Positions 8,564 to 17,827 of a stretch of 30,329 nt of DNA are shown one piece after another. The DNA is taken from contig JBCCFX010000017.1 in the NCBI GenBank assembly GCA_039029515.1, forward strand, positions 1 through 30,329, in the 5' to 3' direction. Under the pieces are notes generated by a model. It worked only from the letters and a program-made list of their open reading frames with translations, was not told where the DNA came from and did not search any database. The stretch comes from Planctomycetota bacterium. Lineage in GTDB: Bacteria; Planctomycetota; Phycisphaerae; Phycisphaerales; SM1A02. Within the stretch, counting starts at the first letter, position 1. Each line of letters opens with the position of its first letter. A program made the translations under genes and the position numbers.

Positions 8564-10222
8564 ATGGCCGACACCGACAATACTGCCGCCTCTGGCGGTC
8601 TTCTTGATCTGATCGAACGCGTGGGTAACCGACTGCCTGACCCCGCGACATTGTTCCTCATGGGCACGTTGCTCGTGATCGTGATGTCCGCCGTGGCGGT
8701 TCAGGCCAGATGGTCCGTTCAGCCGAAGCTCCCGCAGCCGATCATGGAGACCGTGCTCGCGGACGACGGCACAGAGATTCAACAGGCCGTACTGGGCGAA
8801 GACGGCAAGCCTGTCCTCGAATGGATTGACAACGGCGAGCCGCTTGAAGCCACCAGCCTCCTGACGCGCGATGGCATCTTCTGGATCTTCAACAACCTCG
8901 TTGACAACTTCATGAAGTTCCCGCCGCTTGGCGTGGTGCTGGTCGGCATGCTGGGCATCGGCATTGCGGAACGCACCGGCTTGCTCGGCGCGCTGCTCAA
9001 ATCCTTTGCGCTCATCGTCCCGAGCGTCATGCTGACACCATCGATGGTCTTCATCGGCATCATGTCATCGATGACGCTCGACGCGGGATATGTCGTTCTG
9101 CCCCCACTCGCGGCCATGCTCTTCATCTCTGTCGGTCGGTCGCCACTTGCGGGTATCGCCGCGGTCTTTGCCGGTGTGTCTGCCGGCTTCAATGCCAACC
9201 TGTTCATCACCGGCCTTGATCCGATGCTCGCCGAGTTCGGCACGATCGGCGGCCAGGTCATTGAGTCGGAATACCTGATGAACCCGGCATGCAACTGGTA
9301 CTTCATGATTGCCTCCACGTTCGTCATCACGCTGACTGGCTGGGCCGTGACCTCACTGTTCGTTGAACGACGTCTCAAGACGAAGTCCGAAGCCGATGGC
9401 GGACCGCCGACGACGACCACCGTCGACTTCACCGAGCACAAACTCACACCAGAGGAAGTCCGTGGCATGGGCTGGGCCGGCCTGTCGTTCGCGATCGTGC
9501 TTGGAATCTTCCTCGCGATGATCATGATTCCGAACGCGCCGCTCAACGGGAAAGCAGTCGCTTTTGATCGCTGGGTCGATGCGATCGTCCCCATGTTGTT
9601 CTTCTGCTTCATCATTCCCGGGATCGTGTACGGCGTCGCGACGAAGTCGATCAAGAACGACAAGGACGCAGCGAAGCTGATGATCGAGTCGATGGCCGCT
9701 ATGGCGCCGATTATCGTGCTCGCGTTCTTCGCGGCGCAGTTCATCGAGTCATTCAAGTACTCAGGCCTGGATCAGATGCTCGCGTGGTTTGGCGGCCAGG
9801 CGCTCGGACAAGCGGCCTTGCCGGCATGGATGCTGATCGTTGCCTTCATCCTGCTGACGGTTGCATTCAACCTGTTCGTGGGTTCGATGAGCGCGAAGTA
9901 CGCGATCTTTGCACCGATCTTCATCCCGATGCTCATGTTGATTGGCATCAGCCCTGAATTGACGCAGGCGGCGTATCGCATCGGCGATTCGGTCAGCAAC
10001 ATCATCACACCGCTTAATGCCTATCTGGTGATCGTCCTGGTGTTCATGCAGAAGTATGTGCCGAAGTCCGGCATGGGAACGCTGATCTCCACGATGCTGC
10101 CGTACACAGTGGTGTTCACCATCATCTGGACGGTGATGCTGCTGTTGTGGATGCAAGCGGGATGGCCACTTGGACCAGATGGTCCGCTGACGTTTGATAT
10201 CACGACGCTGTCCACGAATTGA
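8564..10222 (+). CDS. abgT: AbgT family transporter (p-aminobenzoyl-glutamate / antimetabolite transporter family)
   Basis: GGAGAA RBS. N-terminus MADTDNTAASGGLLDLIERVGNRLPDPATLFLMGTLLVIV and overall 552-aa polytopic architecture match the AbgT family. Confidence 0.9.
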   Translation: MADTDNTAASGGLLDLIERVGNRLPDPATLFLMGTLLVIVMSAVAVQARWSVQPKLPQPIMETVLADDGTEIQQAVLGEDGKPVLEWIDNGEPLEATSLLTRDGIFWIFNNLVDNFMKFPPLGVVLVGMLGIGIAERTGLLGALLKSFALIVPSVMLTPSMVFIGIMSSMTLDAGYVVLPPLAAMLFISVGRSPLAGIAAVFAGVSAGFNANLFITGLDPMLAEFGTIGGQVIESEYLMNPACNWYFMIASTFVITLTGWAVTSLFVERRLKTKSEADGGPPTTTTVDFTEHKLTPEEVRGMGWAGLSFAIVLGIFLAMIMIPNAPLNGKAVAFDRWVDAIVPMLFFCFIIPGIVYGVATKSIKNDKDAAKLMIESMAAMAPIIVLAFFAAQFIESFKYSGLDQMLAWFGGQALGQAALPAWMLIVAFILLTVAFNLFVGSMSAKYAIFAPIFIPMLMLIGISPELTQAAYRIGDSVSNIITPLNAYLVIVLVFMQKYVPKSGMGTLISTMLPYTVVFTIIWTVMLLLWMQAGWPLGPDGPLTFDITTLSTN

Positions 10223-10408
10223 TTCGCGGTTATCGCCCGTCAAGGGTCCGGTTCGTCTGTGACAGTTCTGACGTATCCGTTGGGTGCGTTATCGGTCACA
10301 CGCGCACTGAACGCATCTTTCGCCCGTTTCGCCACGAATTGCCCGGCCGATTTGTGCCGATGACCATGCGGATACTCCCGCAGGTCGGGCGATTGAGAGG
10401 CGAGACCG

Positions 10409-11104
10409 ATGTCCAATCCCAATGAGTTCGTGTCAGACGAGTTCGGCCGCAGCCGGTCGGTTCGCGTGCAGTCCACGAAGCGAAGCCTGAGCATCATGGC
10501 ATTAGCGTCATTCGTGCTCGGCATTCTGTTCTTCATACCGCTTTTCCCGATGGTCGCCTGTGTCCTCGGCTTTCTCGCCATGCAGCGCACCAAGGACTCC
10601 ATTGCCCTGAAGGGACGATCGCTCGCGATGGCCGGGCTGTGCTTTGGCCTCGTATCGAGCGTGCTTCAGGTCTTTGCCGGCGTGCAGGCATATCGCGTCT
10701 ACGACTTCGCCACCAACGGTCCGGAGCGCGTGATCACGTATGCGCTTGCAGGCAACACCGATGACTTCCGATCCGCCTTCATCAACGATGCTGGCATGGC
10801 GAGCGATCAATCGATCGCACGCTTCTCCGACACGCTGCGTCGCCGATACGGCGGTCTGCAGTCGGTGACGCTCCAGGACACACAGGACATCGTGCAGACC
10901 GATCGTGGCGCGAGCTTCATCGCGAACTACGAGTTCACATTCAACGATCGCACAGTTCCTGCCAGCGTGCACATGCTCATTGCCGATGGCGCATTGCCGG
11001 GCGTGCTGAGCGGCAAGATCGAACGAATCGAGTTCAGCGATGAGGAACAGGGCTCGCTTGAGTTCCCCATTCCGTTGTCGGTGGCCACCGGATCAGATTC
11101 CTGA
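10409..11104 (+). CDS. DUF4190-containing membrane protein with C-terminal soluble domain
   Basis: N-terminal MALASFVLGILFFIPLFPMVACVLGFLAMQR plus a second helix LAMAGLCFGLVSSVLQVFAG is typical of DUF4190. Followed by a roughly 130-aa beta-rich domain. GAGAGG RBS. Confidence 0.75.
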   Translation: MSNPNEFVSDEFGRSRSVRVQSTKRSLSIMALASFVLGILFFIPLFPMVACVLGFLAMQRTKDSIALKGRSLAMAGLCFGLVSSVLQVFAGVQAYRVYDFATNGPERVITYALAGNTDDFRSAFINDAGMASDQSIARFSDTLRRRYGGLQSVTLQDTQDIVQTDRGASFIANYEFTFNDRTVPASVHMLIADGALPGVLSGKIERIEFSDEEQGSLEFPIPLSVATGSDS

Positions 11105-11174
11105 GCGCATATCGTCGCGCCGTGCTCCACCATGCGTGGGCAATAGAGTTCCAGCAGCAGAGGTTGAAGTCGTC

Positions 11175-12965
11175 ATGTCGAAAGTACTGGGAATTGACCT
11201 GGGCACGACCAACAGTGTCGTTGCCGTGTACATCGATGGTGAGCCGCGCATCATTCCGAACGCAACCGGACAGCGCACGACGCCGTCGATGATTGCAATC
11301 GAGAAAGATGGCACGATTCTCGTCGGCCCCGCCGCGAAGAATCAGCAAGTCACCAACCCCGAGAACACGGTCTACTCCATGAAGCGCTTCATGGGTCGAC
11401 GTCACGAAGAAGTTGCCAAGGAAGAGAAGATCGTCCCGTACCAGGTCGTCGGGAAGGCGAAGAAGTACGTCAAGATCCGCGCAGGTGGCCGCCTGTTCGC
11501 ACCCCAGGAACTCTCCGGCATGCTGCTGCATGAGATCAAGCGAAACGCGGAAATCTACATCGGCGAACCCGTCGAACGCGCGGTGATCACGGTCCCCGCG
11601 TACTTCAATGACGCCCAGCGACAAGCAACGATCGACGCCGGTGTTGCTGCCGGCCTCAAGGTCGAGCGCATCATCAACGAACCCACGGCGGCCGCGTTGG
11701 CCTACAGCATGGAACGCCGTGGCAACCGCAAGCTCGTCGTCTTCGATTTCGGCGGTGGTACGTTTGACTTGTCTGCCCTTGAAGTTCAGGGCGGCAACTT
11801 CCGCGTCCTCGCCGTACATGGTGACACGCATCTCGGCGGCGACGACTTCGACCAGCGCATCATCGATATCGTTGCTGACGATTTCCGTCGTCGTCACGGC
11901 ATCGACCTCCGCGAAAACGCCATGGCGCTGCAACGACTCAAGGAAGCATCCACGGAAGCCAAATGCCAGCTCTCGGAATCCGATGAAGCACGCATCAACA
12001 TGCCGTACGTGTGTGTTGACGGCGGGAATCCGTTGCACCTCGAGTACACGCTGACACGCGAACGTTTCGAGGCGGTCTGCTCTGATCTCTTCGAGAGCAT
12101 CCAGCGCGCGTGCCGAGTGCTGATGGCGGAAGCGCAGCTGAAAGCCAGCGATATTTCCGATGTCGTGCTGGTCGGCGGTTCGACGCGTATTCCGCGAGTC
12201 CAGCAGCTCGCCCGCGATGTCTTCAACACCGATGCACTCGACAAGTCGATCAATCCGGATGAAGTCGTGGCGCTCGGCGCTGCGACCCTCGGTGGCGTGC
12301 TGCAAGGCGATCTGCACAACATCCACCTCATGGACGTCTTGTCGCACAGCCTCGGCATCGAAGCCGCCGGCGGCGCCATGCGTGTGCTTGTTCGAAAGAA
12401 CACGCCGATCCCGGCGGACGTTTCCGAACTGTTCACAACGCCCCGTGACAACCAGACGTCTGTGCCGATCAACGTGCTCGAAGGCGAGAGCAAACAGGCC
12501 ATGGAGAACCGACCGCTCGGCGTCTTCCAGCTCTCGGGTATTCGTCGTGCGCCGCGAGGGGTGCCGCGCATCGATGTGAAGTTCATCATCGACGCTGATG
12601 GCATTCTCTCAGTGACGGCCACGGATAAGGACACCGGCAAATCTCAGAACGTCATCATCACCGGCACATGCGGGATGGACGACTCCGAAATGGAGCGCGT
12701 CAAGCAGACAACGGCCGCCAAGGATGCCCAGCAGGACGAACGCGAATCGACGCTCAACCTGCGCAATCACGCGGAAAAGGTCCGAGCAGACATTCACGAG
12801 TGGCTCCGGCACAACAACCACATGATCCCGAATCGAGAACTCGCACGGATCGAAGGCGTAATGCGCAAACTCGAGAAGAAGATCGAGAAGAACGACATTC
12901 GCGGCATCAAGTCATCGCTCAAGCGCCTTGATGAAGTGTCGGTCGAGTTCCGCAAAGCCGGCTGA
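11175..12965 (+). CDS. dnaK: Hsp70 family chaperone (DnaK-like, 596 aa; stand-alone, no grpE/dnaJ nearby)
   Basis: Hsp70 signatures GIDLGTTNSVVAV, DFGGGTFDLSAL and VVLVGGSTRIPRVQ. Complete substrate-binding domain with a shortened lid. The ORF as given starts at 11040, but the conserved N-terminus begins at ATG 11175. Confidence 0.88.
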   Translation: MSKVLGIDLGTTNSVVAVYIDGEPRIIPNATGQRTTPSMIAIEKDGTILVGPAAKNQQVTNPENTVYSMKRFMGRRHEEVAKEEKIVPYQVVGKAKKYVKIRAGGRLFAPQELSGMLLHEIKRNAEIYIGEPVERAVITVPAYFNDAQRQATIDAGVAAGLKVERIINEPTAAALAYSMERRGNRKLVVFDFGGGTFDLSALEVQGGNFRVLAVHGDTHLGGDDFDQRIIDIVADDFRRRHGIDLRENAMALQRLKEASTEAKCQLSESDEARINMPYVCVDGGNPLHLEYTLTRERFEAVCSDLFESIQRACRVLMAEAQLKASDISDVVLVGGSTRIPRVQQLARDVFNTDALDKSINPDEVVALGAATLGGVLQGDLHNIHLMDVLSHSLGIEAAGGAMRVLVRKNTPIPADVSELFTTPRDNQTSVPINVLEGESKQAMENRPLGVFQLSGIRRAPRGVPRIDVKFIIDADGILSVTATDKDTGKSQNVIITGTCGMDDSEMERVKQTTAAKDAQQDERESTLNLRNHAEKVRADIHEWLRHNNHMIPNRELARIEGVMRKLEKKIEKNDIRGIKSSLKRLDEVSVEFRKAG

Positions 12966-12994
12966 TCGCAGTACACCAATCCATGCCAGACCGA

Positions 12995-13021
12995 CCGCCG
13001 ACATCTGTCGGCGGTTTTTCT
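12995..13021 (+). terminator. Rho-independent terminator (CCGCCGACA-tc-TGTCGGCGG + TTTTT) downstream of dnaK
   Basis: Perfect 9-bp inverted repeat followed by TTTTTCT, 30 nt after the dnaK stop. Confidence 0.7.
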
Positions 13022-13079
13022 ATGGCTGCCGACCATGATGTGCTAGAGTCTCGCGCCCGATCGTTGAAGGAGTACACAC

Positions 13080-13892
13080 ATGTGCCGATGGCTCGCGTAT
13101 CTCGGCCCCGAGATGTTCATGGATGAGTTGCTGCTTCAACCAAGCCACTCTCTGATTGACCAATCACTGGATGCGCGCGAAATCGAATGGCCAACGAACG
13201 GCGATGGTTTCGGTGTCGGTTGGTACGGCACACGCGATACACCGGGCCTGTTCCGCGATGTCCTTCCAATCTGGAATGACACGAACCTGCACGCGCTGGC
13301 GCATCAGATTCGTACGAGCCTGTTCTTTGCGCATGTTCGGAAAGCGACCGCCGGCGGAATCCAACGATCAAATTGCCATCCATTCCGCTACGACCATTGG
13401 CTGTTTCAGCACAATGGATCTGTGCCAGGCTTCGATCGAATGCGGCAGTCTCTGTACGCCGACATCGACGCCGACCTCTTTGATGACCTCAAGGGAAGCA
13501 CTGACTCCGAATGCATGTTCTACCTTGCGCTGACGTACGGGCTGCGCGATGATCCTCCCACCGCATTGCGGCGCATGGTGGAACGGATCGAACATGGCCG
13601 CGCACAATCTGACGTCGCTGAGCCATTCCACTGCGCATGTGCGGTGAGTGATGGTGCCACGATATGGGCGCTTCGGTATGTGTCTCACGGTGAAGCGCGA
13701 ACGTTGTACTACTCTCAACACGCCGAAGCACTCTGCGACTTCGCAGGATGCGACACGCTTATCCCGAATGATGCGGTCATCATTGCGTCAGAACCGCTTG
13801 GCACCATGGGATCTGCATGGACGCGCATTGAGCCTGGATCGTTGCTGACCGCCAATGCGACCGGCGTGCACGCTGAGCCGATTCTCTCCTGA
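13080..13892 (+). CDS. class II (Ntn-hydrolase type) glutamine amidotransferase, YafJ/EgtC-like
   Basis: N-terminal MCRWLAYLG with the Cys2 nucleophile. GDGFGVGWY and HVRKATAGG...NCHPF motifs typical of the GATase_4/6 family. No egtB/egtD neighbours, so no specific pathway can be assigned. Confidence 0.75.
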   Translation: MCRWLAYLGPEMFMDELLLQPSHSLIDQSLDAREIEWPTNGDGFGVGWYGTRDTPGLFRDVLPIWNDTNLHALAHQIRTSLFFAHVRKATAGGIQRSNCHPFRYDHWLFQHNGSVPGFDRMRQSLYADIDADLFDDLKGSTDSECMFYLALTYGLRDDPPTALRRMVERIEHGRAQSDVAEPFHCACAVSDGATIWALRYVSHGEARTLYYSQHAEALCDFAGCDTLIPNDAVIIASEPLGTMGSAWTRIEPGSLLTANATGVHAEPILS

Positions 13893-14001
13893 ATCATCAG
13901 ATGCCGCCGCCACAATTCACTTGGACTCGACTACAGCGACCTGTAGGATCGATGCTTCAGCGCGCCGGTCCTCGGGCGCGCATTGTGGAGGATCCATCAG
14001 C

Positions 14002-14712
14002 ATGAATCGCATCGGCCTGCACATCACGGTGATCGCCTTTGTCGTCACATTGTCGCTTGCGTTGTGCGCGACCGTCCTGATTCGAAGCCCGCGATGGGAC
14101 TCATTGATCGTGTTCATCTTCATGGCTGGCACCATTGGCGGCGTCGCCAACAATATTCGCCGGTTGTCTCGTCTACCAATCGAGCCCAGCGCATCGATCG
14201 AACCGCGGCTTGAATTCCTGATGCTGCTCCAGATCTACCTGTCGCCGCTGATCGGCGGCATCTTTGCGTGCGTGCTCTACGTGCTGTTCATGTCCGGCAT
14301 CGTGCAGGGAGCGCTGTTCCCTCGATTCAATATGGCTGTCGAATACACCACAACGGCCGACTTCGCCTCGGCCTCACTGCCGGTCCAGAACGTGGACGCC
14401 GCCAAAGCACTCGTCTGGGCGTTCATCGCCGGTTTTGCGGAAGCGTGCGTTCCCAACCTGCTGGAGCGCGTCACGCGCGAAACGGAACGCGTGGAACTGG
14501 ATGCATCATCCGGGACCACCGTGACCCGAAGTGTCACGCCGGCTGCCTCAACGCGCGAACTGATTCCGGCGATTCCAGTGACGACACCTAAAGCCGACAC
14601 ACGTCGAGATGCGAGCAAGCCGACCGGCGGTCGCAACGCTGACAAGACGGACGCACAGAGTACGAAGAAGTCCAGGAAGCCGAAGAAAAAGGGCAAATCG
14701 CGTTCGACGTGA
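14002..14712 (+). CDS. hypothetical membrane protein (about 4 TM) with lysine-rich basic C-terminal tail
   Basis: GGAGG RBS upstream of ATG 14002; the reported ORF start at 13855 lacks one. TM segments include ITVIAFVVTLSLALCATVLI and LIVFIFMAGTIGGVA. Tail is KKSRKPKKKGKSRST. Confidence 0.65.
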   Translation: MNRIGLHITVIAFVVTLSLALCATVLIRSPRWDSLIVFIFMAGTIGGVANNIRRLSRLPIEPSASIEPRLEFLMLLQIYLSPLIGGIFACVLYVLFMSGIVQGALFPRFNMAVEYTTTADFASASLPVQNVDAAKALVWAFIAGFAEACVPNLLERVTRETERVELDASSGTTVTRSVTPAASTRELIPAIPVTTPKADTRRDASKPTGGRNADKTDAQSTKKSRKPKKKGKSRST

Positions 14713-14754
14713 TGCAGGCACGCACGCTCTTCGGTTTCTCGGCACAATGTTGTC

Positions 14755-16059
14755 ATGAGTCATCGTGAGACAAGCACGATCCGCGAGCGTCTGGTCGGCG
14801 ATGGGACCGAGATTACGCTGCCGTCTCGCGATCTCGGTCGCTTGCGACTCATCGCGCTGATCCCGCTCGCTATCGCGGTCGTGCTCGTGATTGACGTCAT
14901 CGTGGATGTCAGCCGGTCGCTCAACAGCGGGTTTGCCTTCTCCGCCGCTCTGGTTGTCGACGGAGTTCAGTTGATTGCAGCGATCATCTTCCTGCGCATG
15001 GCGAGCTACGCGCTGAAGACGAAGACAAGGTTCCATATCAACTCCACGGGCATCACGGTGCACGACCATTTCGGGCCGAAGAAGCTCCGGCGCACCCATG
15101 CCGGCCCATTCTCCGACATCGAGATCCTGCGGGCTGATGATGACACGTCCCCGGAAGTGCCCGCGTTTCTTCAGCGGCTGCTCCACAACGTTGCGGGTCT
15201 CACCTTGATCAAAGCCGGTACGGACGGCCGGCGCGATGCCGATCGATTTATCACCGCAGTCGCATTTCCGCCAGACGTTGTCGAAGCACTCGCGCCGATC
15301 CTTGTGCAGAATCTCCAACGGGCAGACCTTGCGCGCGATGCGCTGCTTGACGATGATTACCAACCACGATCCGCGTCCATATTCGAAGACACCGATGCCG
15401 CGCGGCGGTCTACGGATCACGATGAGTTGGCAGACGCCGAAGGCGATGTGAGGAATCCTCCCTCGCTGCCTGACGACAGCACAATCACGGTGGCGTGCAC
15501 TGCCGGCGAGTTGGCGATTGTGGTGCCCGCGCGCGGGTACGGTGCAGGGAAGCGCGGGGAGATGGCGTTCGCGTTCATCTGGTGCGCGCTGGTGCTTGTC
15601 TTTGACATCGTGCTCGTCTGCGTGGTCGCGTCGAATGTCATGCAACGCGGCGTCTCGTTGACCGGAGCCGGTTCGGTGGCGATCCCCGCAGCCGTCCTTG
15701 GTCTCTTCACCATCGTCGGTGTGTTCTTCGCGCGATCAGCGATTCATCAGGCGCACGCCCGCACGATGCTGGACATCGTTGGCGGCGCGCTGGTCATCGC
15801 GGAGCAGAGTCCGATGCGCAAACGGCTCATCACGATCGACGGGACGAACATCGCGTCCATTCGTGTCGGGCCGAGTGGAATCGAGATCAATGATGAACCG
15901 CTTCTGGACCTGCAGATCAGCATGCATGCGGCACAAAGCGTTGGCACCCGATCGCGTCGAAAGAAGCTGCACCTGCTTCGAGAGCGATCCGATGAGGAAT
16001 TGCGGTGGCTGGCGACGACCCTCCAGCATGCTTTGCAACTGGACGACTCCACCGACTGA
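14755..16059 (+). CDS. hypothetical membrane protein with an internal tandem of [2 TM helices + beta-rich soluble module], reminiscent of bacterial PH-domain (YdbS/YdbT-like) architecture
   Basis: Two similar halves. Half one: LIALIPLAIAVVLVIDVIVDV...LVVDGVQLIAAIIFL then ITVHDHFGPKK... Half two: FAFIWCALVLVFDIVLVCVV...VAIPAAVLGLFTIVGVFF then ITIDGTNIASIRVGPSGIEIN. Any family assignment is inference only. Confidence 0.65.
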   Translation: MSHRETSTIRERLVGDGTEITLPSRDLGRLRLIALIPLAIAVVLVIDVIVDVSRSLNSGFAFSAALVVDGVQLIAAIIFLRMASYALKTKTRFHINSTGITVHDHFGPKKLRRTHAGPFSDIEILRADDDTSPEVPAFLQRLLHNVAGLTLIKAGTDGRRDADRFITAVAFPPDVVEALAPILVQNLQRADLARDALLDDDYQPRSASIFEDTDAARRSTDHDELADAEGDVRNPPSLPDDSTITVACTAGELAIVVPARGYGAGKRGEMAFAFIWCALVLVFDIVLVCVVASNVMQRGVSLTGAGSVAIPAAVLGLFTIVGVFFARSAIHQAHARTMLDIVGGALVIAEQSPMRKRLITIDGTNIASIRVGPSGIEINDEPLLDLQISMHAAQSVGTRSRRKKLHLLRERSDEELRWLATTLQHALQLDDSTD

Positions 16060-16072
16060 TGACGTATTCGAA

Positions 16073-16109
16073 GGAAAAAACAACACGCTCGACCAGATGG
16101 CCGAGCGTG
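16073..16109 (-). terminator. putative terminator hairpin (CACGCTCG...CGAGCGTG) with flanking A/T run between convergent genes
   Basis: 8-bp perfect inverted repeat with a 10-nt loop. GAAAAAACAA lies on the plus strand, which gives a U-run for the minus-strand sulfurtransferase transcript. Confidence 0.45.
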
Positions 16110-16137
16110 CGTTCGTATTGGCGATCTGAATGCGCGA

Positions 16138-17019
16138 TCAGGATGCCGCAACCGGTTCCGGTGCACCAACCGCGATCGGTGCGCCAACAAGATTGCCGTA
16201 CTCCGTCCATGAACCATCGTAATTCTGCACGTTGTCGAGCCCGAGCAGGTACTTCAGCACGAACCATGAGTGGCTGGAGCGTTCGCCGATGCGACAATAT
16301 GCGATGGTCGGCTGCGATGAATCAAGACCATTGACGTCCATGTACAGGTGGCGAAGTTCATCCATCGGCTTGAACGTGCCATCTTCAGCCACAGTCGTGG
16401 CCCACGGCACGCTCTTCGCACCCGGAACATGGCCGCCGCGCTGCGCGGTCTCACTCATGCCCGGAGGCGCAATGACCTTGCCGGTGAATTCATCAGGACT
16501 GCGCACATCGACGAGATTCTTCGTACCCTGCCGCGCGACATCCAGCACATCGGATGCGTGAGCGCGCAATTCGGGATGATGGCCGGACACGGAGTACGAC
16601 GTTGATGCCGGCGAGGGCACATCGGTCGTGGTCTCGCGACCGGCTTCATTCATCCACTTGTTGCGTCCACCGTTCATCAGGCGAACGTCACGGTGGCCGT
16701 AGATCTTCATCAGCCAGAAACCGTAGGCGGCGAACCAGTTGTTGTTGTCGCCGTAGAGCACGACGGTGTCATCCGGGTTGATGCCCGCAGCGCTCATGAG
16801 TGCTTCGAAACCAGCGCGATCGACAATGTCGCGCGTCACCTGATCCTGTAGCTGTGTCTGCCAGTTCCAGCCCACGGCGCCAGGAATGTGCCCCTGATCG
16901 TACGATGTGGTGTCGACATCAATCTCCACGATGTGCACGTTGGGATCGTTGTGATGTTCGTTGACCCAGTCGGTGGTGACCAGGACCTCCGGATGTGCGT
17001 AATCTGCCACGGTGTGCAT
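16138..17019 (-). CDS. rhodanese-family sulfurtransferase (thiosulfate / 3-mercaptopyruvate sulfurtransferase, tandem rhodanese domains)
   Basis: Active-site Cys loop CRIGERSSHSW. Two rhodanese-fold halves. Start taken at the internal ATG (MHTVADYAHPEVLVTTDWV...), where conserved sequence begins. Confidence 0.85.
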   Translation of the reverse strand: MHTVADYAHPEVLVTTDWVNEHHNDPNVHIVEIDVDTTSYDQGHIPGAVGWNWQTQLQDQVTRDIVDRAGFEALMSAAGINPDDTVVLYGDNNNWFAAYGFWLMKIYGHRDVRLMNGGRNKWMNEAGRETTTDVPSPASTSYSVSGHHPELRAHASDVLDVARQGTKNLVDVRSPDEFTGKVIAPPGMSETAQRGGHVPGAKSVPWATTVAEDGTFKPMDELRHLYMDVNGLDSSQPTIAYCRIGERSSHSWFVLKYLLGLDNVQNYDGSWTEYGNLVGAPIAVGAPEPVAAS

Positions 17020-17137
17020 CTCCCGATGGTTCGGCGTGATGTATTCTGACCGCCAGTCACCCCTTCGGACCGGCGAATCTCGCATGATATATCAGAAGGG
17101 ATGATGCGACAGCAAATGTGAATGAAGGCGGATTCGA

Positions 17138-17818
17138 ATGTCCAGGCACGACCACGAGCGGCGATTTCTGAACGATGCACGCAACTGGCTGGGCGAAATC
17201 GCCCGGTCCGGTCGAATCTGGTCTGAATTCACACGCGCTGCATACCGATTGCGCGGACTTGGCCCGTGCGTCACCGTCTTTGGCTCCGCGCGATTCAAGG
17301 AAGACCATCGCTACTACCAGCTCGCCCGCGATGTTGGTCGCGAGCTCGGCGAGGCAGGCTTCACAGTCATGACCGGCGGTGGCCCGGGGGTGATGGAAGC
17401 CGCCAACCGAGGCGCACGCGACGCTGGCGCCCCATCGATTGGGTGCAACATCATTCTTCCGCACGAACAGCAGGCCAATCCATACGTGGATCGGACGGTG
17501 AACTTCAACTACTTCTTCATTCGCAAGGTCATGCTGATGAAGTACTCGTGCGCGTTTGTCCTCATGCCTGGTGGATTCGGCACGATGGATGAAGCGTTCG
17601 AGGCCGCCACGCTGATTCAGACCGGCAAGATCGAGCGGTTTCCCGTCGTCGCGTGCGGCTCGGACTACTGGGGCCACCTGCGTACGTTCTTGCGCGACAC
17701 CATGATTCGAAACGCCACGATCGACGATTCGGATCTCGACATGACGTATCCGACGGATGATCCGCGCGACGCCGCCAAATATATCGTGGAGCAAACCGGC
17801 ATAGGCTCGATATCGTGA
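17138..17818 (+). CDS. LOG family protein (TIGR00730; cytokinin riboside 5'-monophosphate phosphoribohydrolase-like Rossmann protein)
   Basis: VTVFGSARFKED...MTGGGPGVMEAANRGA...PGGFGTMDEAFEAATLIQTGK matches the LOG/YgdH family signature, including GGGxGxME and PGGxGTxxE. Confidence 0.85.
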   Translation: MSRHDHERRFLNDARNWLGEIARSGRIWSEFTRAAYRLRGLGPCVTVFGSARFKEDHRYYQLARDVGRELGEAGFTVMTGGGPGVMEAANRGARDAGAPSIGCNIILPHEQQANPYVDRTVNFNYFFIRKVMLMKYSCAFVLMPGGFGTMDEAFEAATLIQTGKIERFPVVACGSDYWGHLRTFLRDTMIRNATIDDSDLDMTYPTDDPRDAAKYIVEQTGIGSIS

Positions 17819-17827
17819 TCGCTCGAG

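Noticed and set aside
8779-9756. 325-aa minus-strand ORF inside abgT
   Set aside because: Antisense to the AbgT transporter gene. Ser/Met/Pro-rich translation with no recognisable features.
11034-12347. 437-aa minus-strand ORF overlapping dnaK
   Set aside because: Fully antisense to a well-supported Hsp70 CDS. Long antisense ORFs are a known artefact of hsp70 codon structure in GC-rich genomes. No RBS or recognisable domain.
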